Positions 11,601 to 19,593 of a DNA stretch of 64,000 nt are shown piece after piece. The first letter of the stretch is position 1. Each line of letters opens with the position of its first letter. The stretch is from Zancudomyces culisetae HAW-14-8 (Eukaryota > Fungi > Kickxellomycota). The notes beneath the pieces were generated by a model that did no database searches, was not told the origin of the DNA, and saw only the letters and a list, made by a program, of their open reading frames with translations. A program made the translations under genes and the position numbers. The DNA lies in the NCBI GenBank assembly GCA_052426225.1, contig JBNJNM010000008.1, forward strand, positions 1,922,001-1,986,000. The letters run 5' to 3'.

Positions 11601-12150
11601 TGTAAATATCAGAAACGAAAAAGATGAAAATGACAACATGTGTCAAAATCGCGATCAATTGGACAACGCGTGTTGGTATACACAGCGATATGATGTCATG
11701 ATTATTTCCAGCAATAAAAACACACATATGTTGTCCAAGGACAAAAAGTCTGGCGATAGCAATATCCTACTTAAACAGCGAATCGAATTGGCAACCAAGT
11801 TATGGAAACTCAATATCAAAACTAAAATCTTTACCTTGTCATCTCCAAACGAGAGTTTTGAGAGAATAAAGCAACAGTGTATCAATGCAGGAATCAAGTA
11901 TTTGATTGAAATTATCGATGAAAAAAGTCACTACCACAGCCAACATAGCCACGAACACTACGATAGTTATGGTAGAAATAGCGGTCGGGGTATCAATGGT
12001 GGTCATGCTAACGGCGTTAGTGATGGAAATAGCAATTACAATTCATCCCAGTCTAATTTTGAAAGCGATTTTGTTTATATTCTCTACGACCTAGTTGAAA
12101 ACTCACAACAATACTTGTTATATGATAAATTGATTGCACTAATACATTAG
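5656..12150 (+). CDS. GCN2: eIF2-alpha kinase GCN2 (RWD, pseudokinase, kinase with acidic insert, HisRS-like, C-terminal domain)
   Basis: 2164-aa single ORF. RWD (EIEALKAIY...YPNTSP); pseudokinase; kinase motifs SRYKNDF, GKGGFGSVVKARNKIDGRLYAIKK, LYIQMEYCENKTL, HRDLKPVN, KIGDFGL, GTLTYVAPE; HisRS-like LRYDLTLP and AEGGRYD. Confidence 0.97.
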   Translation: MNENQELEEIQLNEIEALKAIYMDDFEFYHEKTAWKIKPKIPEFLITIRSENFEQRDIVKVKMHFKFSKKYPNTSPQISVKENHGIRKEQMQKALEIIERELIPERLGTEMIFDITNWTQEYITKHNVAKEIEAESFYEAMVKRQEKDKEIELEKRVERLKSRGIKISSKGELEEVDLVQAESEILQMIEEEDKYDKNELRTKIQQEMERLQQAVIKGEERKKKLREVSKAVRRTVGKITQKMKVLKLERKIKIGCNRGKGGDIEVEEILLEEEKTNRVYKQWKACVINKNEESVTNHKLTVMEFTIDGSHYEMETGARQLARAIADIEKLKQVRSENIVSVYGVVLEAVSSLAKQKIPLINTILLNLLNVEDGEYRVEGKGYEKQSIDGAWYLGDSLEEDEEEEEEGESIEGVGRGGGEIKERGYKSEKESVKGDRGKRGWKLYILTEEQQAPEVICLREIVNMSGGLSLEKVKEYGKELVQALASLHEQGLTHRSIILENVLLKKRDYADVGRDKELSAVLTGALYFEHMFSLHKMAKLNTKWTDSIEMTMRVAPEVVERADQLSRWQNDVYCLGLVLVQMVLGTQTFKTSRLGSEYESEAVVGLVNMGKRSKKVRDKRGGGKGSKGSKGDGEFSENVDIQFCKDAKLRVYFGQLIQKMVCREQNKRPKAKDILKERFFIDFDEQSMQRSGTEEEESEEEEETGDTESGSESDSEFESGSKSESESESESDSGEFGGKKKVQAMKRGKGLYRYNSKDIVLQNKRGAEAKRVKDKKKKALPRSYGVKSKSLRAKLGQTSRNRRITNGGDKVKGERHSQAEYSDEDEYISSDGEDGVMESTRSLNSSRYKNDFDEMGFVGKGGFGSVVKARNKIDGRLYAIKKVGLDSKDLKSHNKIIREAVNLSRLHHPNVVRYFNTWVERGLVESHISEEDDDYSEDEDDEESDEDSEEESEYDSEQESSEPRLELQETSSNVVFFGTESSNEESSDVESSYKMTGSDRISSSTQPTAAKAMVKNTKVTKKPHMILIETQEVSKKRTAASKEKRGETLYIQMEYCENKTLRDLISEGIEERTGWRLFRQMLEALKHIHQCGMIHRDLKPVNVFLDANGDVKIGDFGLSTSSFASIEEVTQRIGVSSSNLSGGGSSSHLGSGMLSAYSQGGFEKSIDYTLTTDIGTLTYVAPEVLNQVASAASGSGRGRYNYKVDMYSLGIIFFEMCHPLRTGMERALVIHGLRKPEIVIPDTFPMDAMPNQLKIIRQLLTHNVQERPSSVELLESELMPSKLEDEDVEDMMRAICNPEHRYYEAIMKMLFQRRPNVQTDALYDYQSSFGVIEKLNIVFAERVKEKMMNVFKRHGGIEIKTPLIVPKNEMIQGVRRGSAVQQQSAVDYIDVQGNAVQLRYDLTLPMARYIVKNKITGMKRYGFEQVYWTKNEGGGSNGSGTVGDGKNGGKLENGMVGVAGQPMAVNMAGFDIVTNEQMHAVATGEIMLIISEIIDCYPMFSEGKTVVVLNHTDILDAILNYVGICITPTNTKNKNTKNADENTGKAPNGNASNTDTVYVTSRQLQMIYNHMYNILGPIPQSSMLGGGAKKKLQSMKLGGDQVVFTSKVIERLIPFLDLRGNVVRVQNRVLSILYSQQDEQLKSGSGGCGLDVSKRKERLISAFTQLSKLEAAKGTFGIDEKVEFVISPLFSTRNSKTYYEHNYYFQVLYYSGEIQQGQSQLKSQEGQGILAAKGKGKGKGRWSKIGMGMGARGSATKGAKTGLVLPLTSTSTSTSTSTPAPAPISPVLLGQIPVVVAEGGRYDALLHQYSYIIGDDDLMDKTTKRNKKQQRNGPEYGYRYGGSIDNLYRNQENMLRRYDGTGFGFGFGSGCSPGPGSAFGSNVGSNVNSSQDILASRLMLETAATSSSNTSGGGHKTKSSTAVVGLNIYFDVIVRELAIYLGELNHYYKQNTSRNASLGTTQNNIKVNKGKGKGKKITKENVNIRNEKDENDNMCQNRDQLDNACWYTQRYDVMIISSNKNTHMLSKDKKSGDSNILLKQRIELATKLWKLNIKTKIFTLSSPNESFERIKQQCINAGIKYLIEIIDEKSHYHSQHSHEHYDSYGRNSGRGINGGHANGVSDGNSNYNSSQSNFESDFVYILYDLVENSQQYLLYDKLIALIH
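7780..7860 (+). repeat. Coding hexamer-like repeat (GAATCT/GAATCA) encoding an ES/DS tract in GCN2
   Basis: gaatctgattcagaatttgaatca...gaatctgaatctgaatcagaatctgattct. Confidence 0.7.
10963..11008 (+). repeat. Coding repeat (TCTACA)4-(CCTGCA)2 encoding STSTSTSTPAPAP in GCN2
   Basis: Read directly from the sequence. Confidence 0.7.
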
Positions 12151-15135
12151 ATTTTGGTAGATTTCATATAGTTTTTCGTCGCTAAAAATCTCTAAATCAC
12201 ATTTAAACTCATTGGTACTGGAAATCATGTTCATGATATGTTGCTCAGCCTTGTCCTTATTTGGTGCTATTTCCAACATTTTCACATATAAAATCTTGAT
12301 CATGTTTAGTATGCTAGCCTGCTGGCGTTGTTTGAATTGATCTGCTGATGTTGTGTGTATTATCGGTGGCTCTATTACCCGCTGCCGTTTGGCTATGACA
12401 CTTTCGATTTCACGGATTATTTCTTTTCGCTTAACACTAGTTGTTTTCCCTTGTTGTTTGATATCCACGCTAGTGTTAGTGTTGGTGTTGGTGTTGGTAT
12501 CGGTGCTAGTGTTGGTGCTAGTGTTGATGTTACTGTTAGTTTTAGTTTTAATATTAACCAGCTCTACTCCTGCACCTCTTTTTGCCGTCTTTTCTGTAGG
12601 TGAGATATTACCGCTGCTATTACCACTACTATCACCACTGCCATTCACATTCACATTTCCACCCACAGATTTGGAATTTATGGTACCACTGCTACTGATA
12701 TTCCTGTAGCCTTTTGATGCTGGAACCATCCCCAGTCCAATTTTACGCACTGCTGTTGTGGTTGCCAAGCTATTGTTACTATTACCAGTTGTAAATTTGT
12801 CCTTTACATTTTTGGCAAGGTTGGATGACAACTTGACACCTGCACTGTTAAGTGATTTGGGTGTTGTCAATAACCCACTTTTTGGCACTTTTGTCGTACT
12901 ATCCTTCTTCATTTCCTTTCCTTGTTCCCGTTCTTTAGCGCTGGTGCCAGTACCGGCATTGCTACTAGCACCACTGTTTTCAACAACCAGCTTCCGTCGC
13001 TTTTGCTCACCACCATTATTAGCGTTGACTTGTTTTGGTTCCATCTTTTGTTTCTTACCTTTAGTGTTTTTCGAAGTAGTTGTATCATCGGTACTGAATG
13101 TCTGAGTTAAAGAGCTTGATACTTCCCTTCTCACGCTGCTTTTTGAGGCTACCCCCAAGGTGGCTGCTAAGGGTACTGACGCTGTTACAGGCACTACCTT
13201 TTTCGTGGGGCTTGCTTTTGGTTTTTCTTCGATCCGACCCTTCACCTCAATACCACTTTTGCTTTTGATTTTAATGCTGTTACTTCCCTCATTCCTGATA
13301 TTAAAAGAATTACCATTATCATTACTCTTGGTTTTGATGGTAGCTGTATTCTTGACACCCTTCTTATTGGTGCTTTTACTGTAGCTATAACCAGAGCTTT
13401 CAATACTTTTCTTTTCTCTCTCACGCCCACGTGCACGCTCACGTTCACGTCCACGGTCATAGTCACGTTGGCGCTCGGTTTCACTCTCACTGCTGCTAAA
13501 ACTACTCTCACTATCGCTAGAATAGCTAGACGCCTTTGCCGATTTTGCTACCAAATTCATCCTTGTAGCTGCGAAAGCTGATGTCTTTACTGTTGATTTT
13601 TTTTCTGTACCATAGACCGGTTTTTTATCGAAATCATCTATATTATTTCTTTTATATTTGTAGCCAATATTGCTGCTACCATTGATATTCAAAATAGCTC
13701 TATCTCTATGTCTATTATTTCTATCATTGTCTATATTTTTGGGTTTAGCTTCACCACCATCTTCATCTCCATCGCCGTCTTCATTTCCACTCGTATTTTC
13801 GTTTTTACTCTTAACGGTGCCACTACTAACACCACTACTCCTATCCTTATCCTTATCCTTATCCTCATCTCTGTCTTTGTCTGCATCTCTGTCTCTATTC
13901 CTACCCCTACCCCTATCTCTATCCTTGTTTCTATATCTATCCCTGTCCTTGTCTCTATCTCTACCTTTAATATTATCTCTACCTACATTCCTATCTCCAT
14001 CTCCATCGTTTTCTTCATATCTCTCCTTTATTTTATATCTTTGTCTTTCTATTTCCTCGTTAACATCATCAATTCCATTTCCTTTGAAATCCTTCACGCT
14101 ACTGAACTTCCTTTCACCCCTCCATCTTAAAGCACTTTTATTTTTCTCATTTCTTACTCCTTTACCAGTACTACTACTATCACCCTCTTCATCACTACCT
14201 CTGTCACTATTGCCTTTCTCGTCGCTGCTGCTGCCGCTCTCACTTTCACTTTTGCTTTCACTATCTCTATTACTACGCAGACCACTAGCAATGCTGCTTC
14301 TACTTCTACTTCTACTGCTACTCCTACTCCTACTACTAGCACTACTGCTATTGTATCTCTTTTTTTTTCTTTTCTTGTACTGTTCTTTTTTTTCTCCCTC
14401 GCTCTCTAAACTCCCTGCTCCATCCTCAGAATCACTGCTTTTCGCTTTTTTTAGTGATATTCCCTTTTTGGACGTTGTTGGTCGTGAACTGGGAACAGTC
14501 TTTTTGGATACTGTCGGCCTTCTATTCACCAAGTTATAAAATCCTACACTGACCTTGTTGATTGTGATGTCATAGGTTTCCTCATAATTTCTACCTTTAT
14601 CAAAACTGAGCAAATGTCGAATTTCTTGAGCATCGATGTTCTCGTCATGCATATATATTACTATCACCATCTCGAATTCACCCCATCCCGTTTCTTTTAT
14701 CGAATAAGGTGGATTTTTAATTACTAATTTATAGTAGGTTCAAACAAATTAGTTATGGTTATGACTATGGTTATGGCGACTGTCACTTTGACTCCATTCT
14801 CTTCTACGGCCCCTTTAGTATAAATTTGAGTTGCAAACATACTAAAAAGCAACAACAGCAACAGCAACAACAACAACAACAACAACAAATACTCATGTGA
14901 ACTTCAAAAACTAACCTCTAATTGGATTCGGAAAAGTTTCATGCAAGTGAAATTCCACTCGCTTCACGTATGGAAGTATTGTAGATCCATAATTGAAATC
15001 CTCTCTTCCCTCTAGCAAACTGACTGACCAATCTTTGAGTGGCAATCCGGAATCTTTATCTAGTCTGTCACTTTCACTCGCCCTTTGTGTCGTTCTAACC
15101 ATAAAACTTAGCTTAACCTGATATTCTCTTGCCAT
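12139..15135 (-). CDS. YEATS-domain protein, Taf14/AF9/ENL-like (N-terminal YEATS, long disordered middle, C-terminal ET/AHD-like domain); exons 15135-14916 and 14723-12139, 934 aa
   Basis: YVKRVEFHLHETFPNPIR|VIKNPPYSIKETGWGEFEM is joined in frame by a GTTAG...TAG intron. The C-terminus EFKCDLEIFSDEKLYEIYQNL resembles the Taf14 ET domain. Confidence 0.88.
14848..14888 (+). repeat. Intronic (CAA/CAG)n microsatellite
   Basis: agcaacaacagcaacagcaacaacaacaacaacaacaacaa inside the YEATS intron. Confidence 0.85.
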
Positions 15136-17157
15136 GATAGATGCCGTCTCTACACCACCCCTTCCTACTTTACTCTGATCCGTGTACTATCCTCTCAGTG
15201 TGACCCCTTCTTGTTTGCAAAAACCCTTTATCTTTATTTATTTAAATATGCAACAATACATATATTTGGTGTTCTTTTATGTTTTCTCTTTACTTTGAAC
15301 TTGTGGCCTTTAATTGGATTTTTGCAATTAATACGATTAGATGTTCTATAAATAGGGATACCAAAATCTACAAGCAAAAGCCAAACAGTCCCTACGAATT
15401 GATACTTTTGGTATACTTGGTCCAGAATTATGCTCTATTGTGTTTTGGCACAACGAATTGTAAATTGGAAAAGCCTTTATGGCAACAACTTTTAGTTTAT
15501 TGCTTTATTTTCTCAACCACAACCTGTTACTGTGTTTATTCTTGGTTTTGAGCCTTTTAACACCTAATCATTCTTTCTTATTTTATTCACGCTCTTCCCA
15601 CTTGAAAAACAACCCACAATTGTAAATAATAAAATCTAATACACTTTAGCTCACACAAGATTTGTTATTGGTTACAAGTATCCTGCTTTGCTGGGCCAGC
15701 TTGAATAATTTACATAATTTGTCAGCTATTATGTAACTTTCAGAGTATTTCGGTAAGATGATTTCGTTCATATAGGGAAAGGTGGTGATGACAGGTATTT
15801 ATGTCCATTAAAATGAGGAAAACCCACAGCAACTGGAGTTTTGTAAGTGGAACTACAACCTTTTTTTTTTCTTCTTGCAATGCTACTATTGCCGGCATGG
15901 TAGGTAGCTTTTAGGTTTTAAAGTTGCTTAATTAACAGACAATACACTTTTGTCTGGATACTCTTCCATTTTCCTTGTACTGGCCTAATATTCATTTTCG
16001 GGGCCTTTTTAGAGGGAGGAGATATTGCCTGTCTCGGAATTGTTTTTTGTTTCCCTTCGGTGTTCTGGTTTTTTTAATTTTGCCAATTAAGTTTTGGAAA
16101 CAGGGAATTAATAATTTTAGGTTACCAATAAAAATCACAACTCATATATTGTATAAATGAGAAACTAGCTCGAATGTGAAAACATTACCCAAACCGAAAA
16201 CAATATTACACACATTGTTCTTGAGAAAGCTGGAGATTAATGAAATCCAAGGGCAATTCGAGTCAGAAGTTGACATTTTTGTCCTTTCTATAATAAGGAA
16301 ATGTCCATAACAATATAGGAGTGGTGTGAAAGTAGTAAATCGACATACATTCTAGCATCCTAAAACGAAAATGAAAATAATTGTAATAATTTAAATCTGT
16401 TTATCCTTCTTTTTTTATTCTCAGCTTTACTATTGCTATTCGTCTGGTAATCATCTAGCTTTGTTTGCTTTCTTTGTAGTATGAAAAATAAAATTTGAGC
16501 ATTAAATACTACAACATTTATTTAGCCATCAGCAATACGTTATCGGTTCAACTAACTATATAATGATTAGCCTTTAACATACTAGGATCTTCTCTTTTTT
16601 TTTGCGGTATAAAACGTTGATGTAATTAGGTCATTTCTAAATAAATAATGCTTTTACTATTTGTGACATTAGGATATCTTGTTTCCCTACTTGCTCAGCC
16701 CTGGTGAATAATGAAAGAAAATGACACCAGAGAGTTTTGGTATTTAAATCTTGAGTTACTACAACATAAAGGCTATGTAGTGTACTGTGCTTAGCCTAGT
16801 AAATATGAAGAAGGGGGGAAGAAGGAAGGGGGGAGTAGTGAGCGGTGAGTGGTGAGTGGTGATAATATATAGTTGTAAAGTGGATTATTTCATTTTTTCG
16901 ATGGGAAGATAAAAACAAGGAACTTGTGATGTTGTTGAAAGCACGATGAGTAGGATTATTCTAGTTGTGGGTGCTTAAGTGTTCATTTTCTTTATTTTTG
17001 CTAGAATATTTTAGTGCTCAATTCTAAGCTATTCGTCCATTGGTTGGGCATACCACTCTAAATTGTGTAAATTCTCGCTCATAAATGATCATTCTGATTA
17101 AAAAAAATTTTTGAAACCTTGTATAATTAATTCCAAACAGGTAAGTAAAAAAGCAAA

Positions 17158-18909
17158 ATGGAATTCAATGACGAACGCCAATACGCAAGGGTTTCTGTTA
17201 GGCAAAAGCTAAATTCCGAGAGCGACGATGATTTAGAGAGATTACAACAAGAATTCCTTTCAGAAAAGAAAATAAATCCAGCCGCAAAAGTAATTAGCAA
17301 AAAAAATGAACCAAATCTAGATGAAAAAGATGGCGAACGATTAAAATCTAATATGATGGAAAGTATGCGCAACGTTGATGAAATAGGAGGCGAACCAGCA
17401 GCAAAATTGATTATTGGTAAACCTCCTCCTATTCTAGCCGAGGGTACAGGAAATGCTCAAATCCCGCAAAAACATGAGCACAATCTCATAAACACTAAAA
17501 AGCCGGCAAGTAATCCTGTTAAATCCCATGGCAAATCCGAACAGGAATGTGAAATGCAGCAAGATAGCAATCAGAAACCAGCCAACCCTGGCAAGAAAAA
17601 ACTGTCCTTGTTTGCTCAGAAAAGACTACTAGAAAAACAAAAAAGAGAAAATGGGAACAGCGATCCAGGGATCGAAAAGCATGGAGTACTCAAGCAACAT
17701 GTAAAGTCATTCCAGGGATTCCCTGAAGTACATAAGGACCAAGCATCTTTTTCAAAGAAAATTGCATCTGTTGATAGCCAGGGGGCCATTTGTGATGATA
17801 ATACCAGTAAAATATTGCAAATGAGTAAAGGAGAAATCGACAACGCATATGCAGAGATTCAAGGTGTTTTGAGCGAGAAAAGCATTGAATTTTTGAAAAA
17901 TCGAAACAAGAAGAAAGAATCATCCACAGACGAACTTGTAGATATCAAACTAGGCGAAAAAGCCAAAAAAGTGACTATTAACGAAGAGAAAAATGAAACC
18001 ATTAAGCACACCCCAATAGAAGAAGACCCTGCTAACTTAGAGGAATTTTACAAAAAGGTTTTACAAGTGGGGTACCAAAACGACATAGCTGAAGAGAAAA
18101 AACTAGAATGGCTGATGAACCAAAGCCAAGCAAAGACGCCCACAGAAAGAGTCTTGGAAAATATTAAATCTCAATCCGAACGAGCAGCACGCGTGATGAA
18201 GGATATTATAGCTGGAGGTGAAACATCCGATCCCCTTCTCGATGACCCAGCGTCGCATCTTAGGTTTGATTTTGCCGGGTCAATAGTTGACATTCTTGAT
18301 GAAATTCCGACCTCGCATGGGTTACATCATCATGGTGAGGATCCAGATGATGCTGGGTATACCATTCCGGAGCTTCTTCATCTGGCACGTAGCACAGTTC
18401 CCTCCCAGCGTGCAATTGCGATTAAGACTCTTGGAAACATAATTCACAAGCTAAACGTTGGGGCTTTTGATTCGGTATATCAGCGAGCAATATACTCATG
18501 TTGGTTGGAGTGGGAAGGACACCTATATTTTTCTGCAGGATGGGGTGATTCTCATGGAACTGTAAGAGCAGAATCAATATTTTCGACATGGACGTGGGTT
18601 GTTGAATTTTCCAGGTCGCATGTTCTCCGCCGTCTCGAATCTACCCAGGGATCGGATTTTTCGCCTGATGTTGTAGCTTGTGGCGATATCGTGACACGTA
18701 CTCATGAGGCGCTTTTCAAGCTGTTGTCCCCATCGTTTCTAAAAAGCGCAATGGACGTTCTTTCAGATCCAACCAGCTCAGGCCTACACAAACTGGTGTA
18801 TGAAGTCATTGTACAGCTTTATAAGGGCTCGGATGATTTTGCACTTATTATAAAGAATCAAAAGAATCTTTGTTATGTGTTAGAATCAAAATACGCACCT
18901 TTTTTGTGA
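17158..18909 (+). CDS. RBA50: RNA polymerase II-associated protein Rba50/RPAP1
   Basis: N-terminal SDDDLERLQQEFL; RPAP1_N-like ILQMSKGEIDNAYAEIQGVLSEKSIEFLKNR; RPAP1_C-like LRFDFAG...GLHHHGEDPDDAGYTIPELLHLARSTVPSQRAIAIKTL. Confidence 0.92.
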   Translation: MEFNDERQYARVSVRQKLNSESDDDLERLQQEFLSEKKINPAAKVISKKNEPNLDEKDGERLKSNMMESMRNVDEIGGEPAAKLIIGKPPPILAEGTGNAQIPQKHEHNLINTKKPASNPVKSHGKSEQECEMQQDSNQKPANPGKKKLSLFAQKRLLEKQKRENGNSDPGIEKHGVLKQHVKSFQGFPEVHKDQASFSKKIASVDSQGAICDDNTSKILQMSKGEIDNAYAEIQGVLSEKSIEFLKNRNKKKESSTDELVDIKLGEKAKKVTINEEKNETIKHTPIEEDPANLEEFYKKVLQVGYQNDIAEEKKLEWLMNQSQAKTPTERVLENIKSQSERAARVMKDIIAGGETSDPLLDDPASHLRFDFAGSIVDILDEIPTSHGLHHHGEDPDDAGYTIPELLHLARSTVPSQRAIAIKTLGNIIHKLNVGAFDSVYQRAIYSCWLEWEGHLYFSAGWGDSHGTVRAESIFSTWTWVVEFSRSHVLRRLESTQGSDFSPDVVACGDIVTRTHEALFKLLSPSFLKSAMDVLSDPTSSGLHKLVYEVIVQLYKGSDDFALIIKNQKNLCYVLESKYAPFL

Positions 18910-19430
18910 TTATATTTTAAGTTGCATCTTTGATACTTTTTCTATTTTTGCACTTTATTATGGAGTCGATGTAAAAAACCCAGTATTATCTTGAAATTGT
19001 AATATATGATAGGTGTTATTTTGAACCTGATATACCCTTCAGCTAAGTTGACGACTGGGTTTGGTATAACACTGATAATGTCATTTATGCTCAAGTTGTG
19101 AATCGCTTAACTAGTTATGTTTAGAAATTTTTAATGGTTAAAACTATCTTTATTATTGATGTATGAATATTAATACCAAGTAAATCCGATTATTTCTAAG
19201 CGATAAAACTAGTCAATATGTAGATAAAATACACATACGTGTAGTATATTCCGCTAAAAAAGGCTCAAAAGGTCTCTTTTCACTGTCCGGCCTCGTTTAA
19301 CTATACTGTCCTAGATTATTCAATACTAATCTACCGCTCATGCGCTCGTTGGAAATCTTACACTGCTAATTAATTGAATCGATTCGCTAGCAAAAAAAAA
19401 TGTAACTGTTATAACACAGAATAAATAATT

Positions 19431-19443
19431 AAAAAACGCAAAA
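19431..19443 (-). terminator. Pol III oligo-T terminator shared by the tRNA pair
   Basis: Minus strand TTTT-GCG-TTTTTT begins 1 nt after tRNA-Cys; there is no run of 4 or more T between the two tRNAs. Confidence 0.75.
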
Positions 19444-19444
19444 T

Positions 19445-19516
19445 AGGAGCGACCGGGAATTGAACCCGGGGCCATTCGATCTGCAATCGAATGCTCTGCC
19501 GCTGAGCTATCACTCC
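19445..19516 (-). tRNA. tRNA-Cys (GCA), intronless
   Basis: GGAGTGA/TCGCTCC acceptor stem, TTCGA-TT-GCA-GA-TCGAA anticodon arm, CCGGG-TTCAATT-CCCGG T arm, U73 discriminator. Confidence 0.96.
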
Positions 19517-19521
19517 AAACA

Positions 19522-19593
19522 GGGCTTGACCGGGGATTGAACCCGGGGCCTCTCGCACCCAAAGCGAGAATCATACCACTAGACCATCAAGCC
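19522..19593 (-). tRNA. tRNA-Pro (TGG), intronless
   Basis: GGCTTGA/TCAAGCC acceptor stem, CTCGC-TT-TGG-GT-GCGAG anticodon arm, CCGGG-TTCAATC-CCCGG T arm, C73 discriminator. Confidence 0.96.

Noticed and set aside
5739-14539. Many antisense or shifted ORFs over GCN2 and the YEATS gene (e.g. 13670-14539, 289-aa Leu/Ser-rich)
   Set aside because: Shadow frames of purine-rich low-complexity codons, with no independent motifs.
17138-17201. Perfect donor CAG|GTAAGT 17 nt before the RBA50 ATG, with a possible acceptor at 17201
   Set aside because: Splicing would remove the ATG needed for the conserved DLERLQQEFL motif, and no upstream in-frame start exists; unsupported without RNA data.
19338-19574. 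78-aa minus-strand ORF
   Set aside because: It is just a translation through the two tRNA genes.
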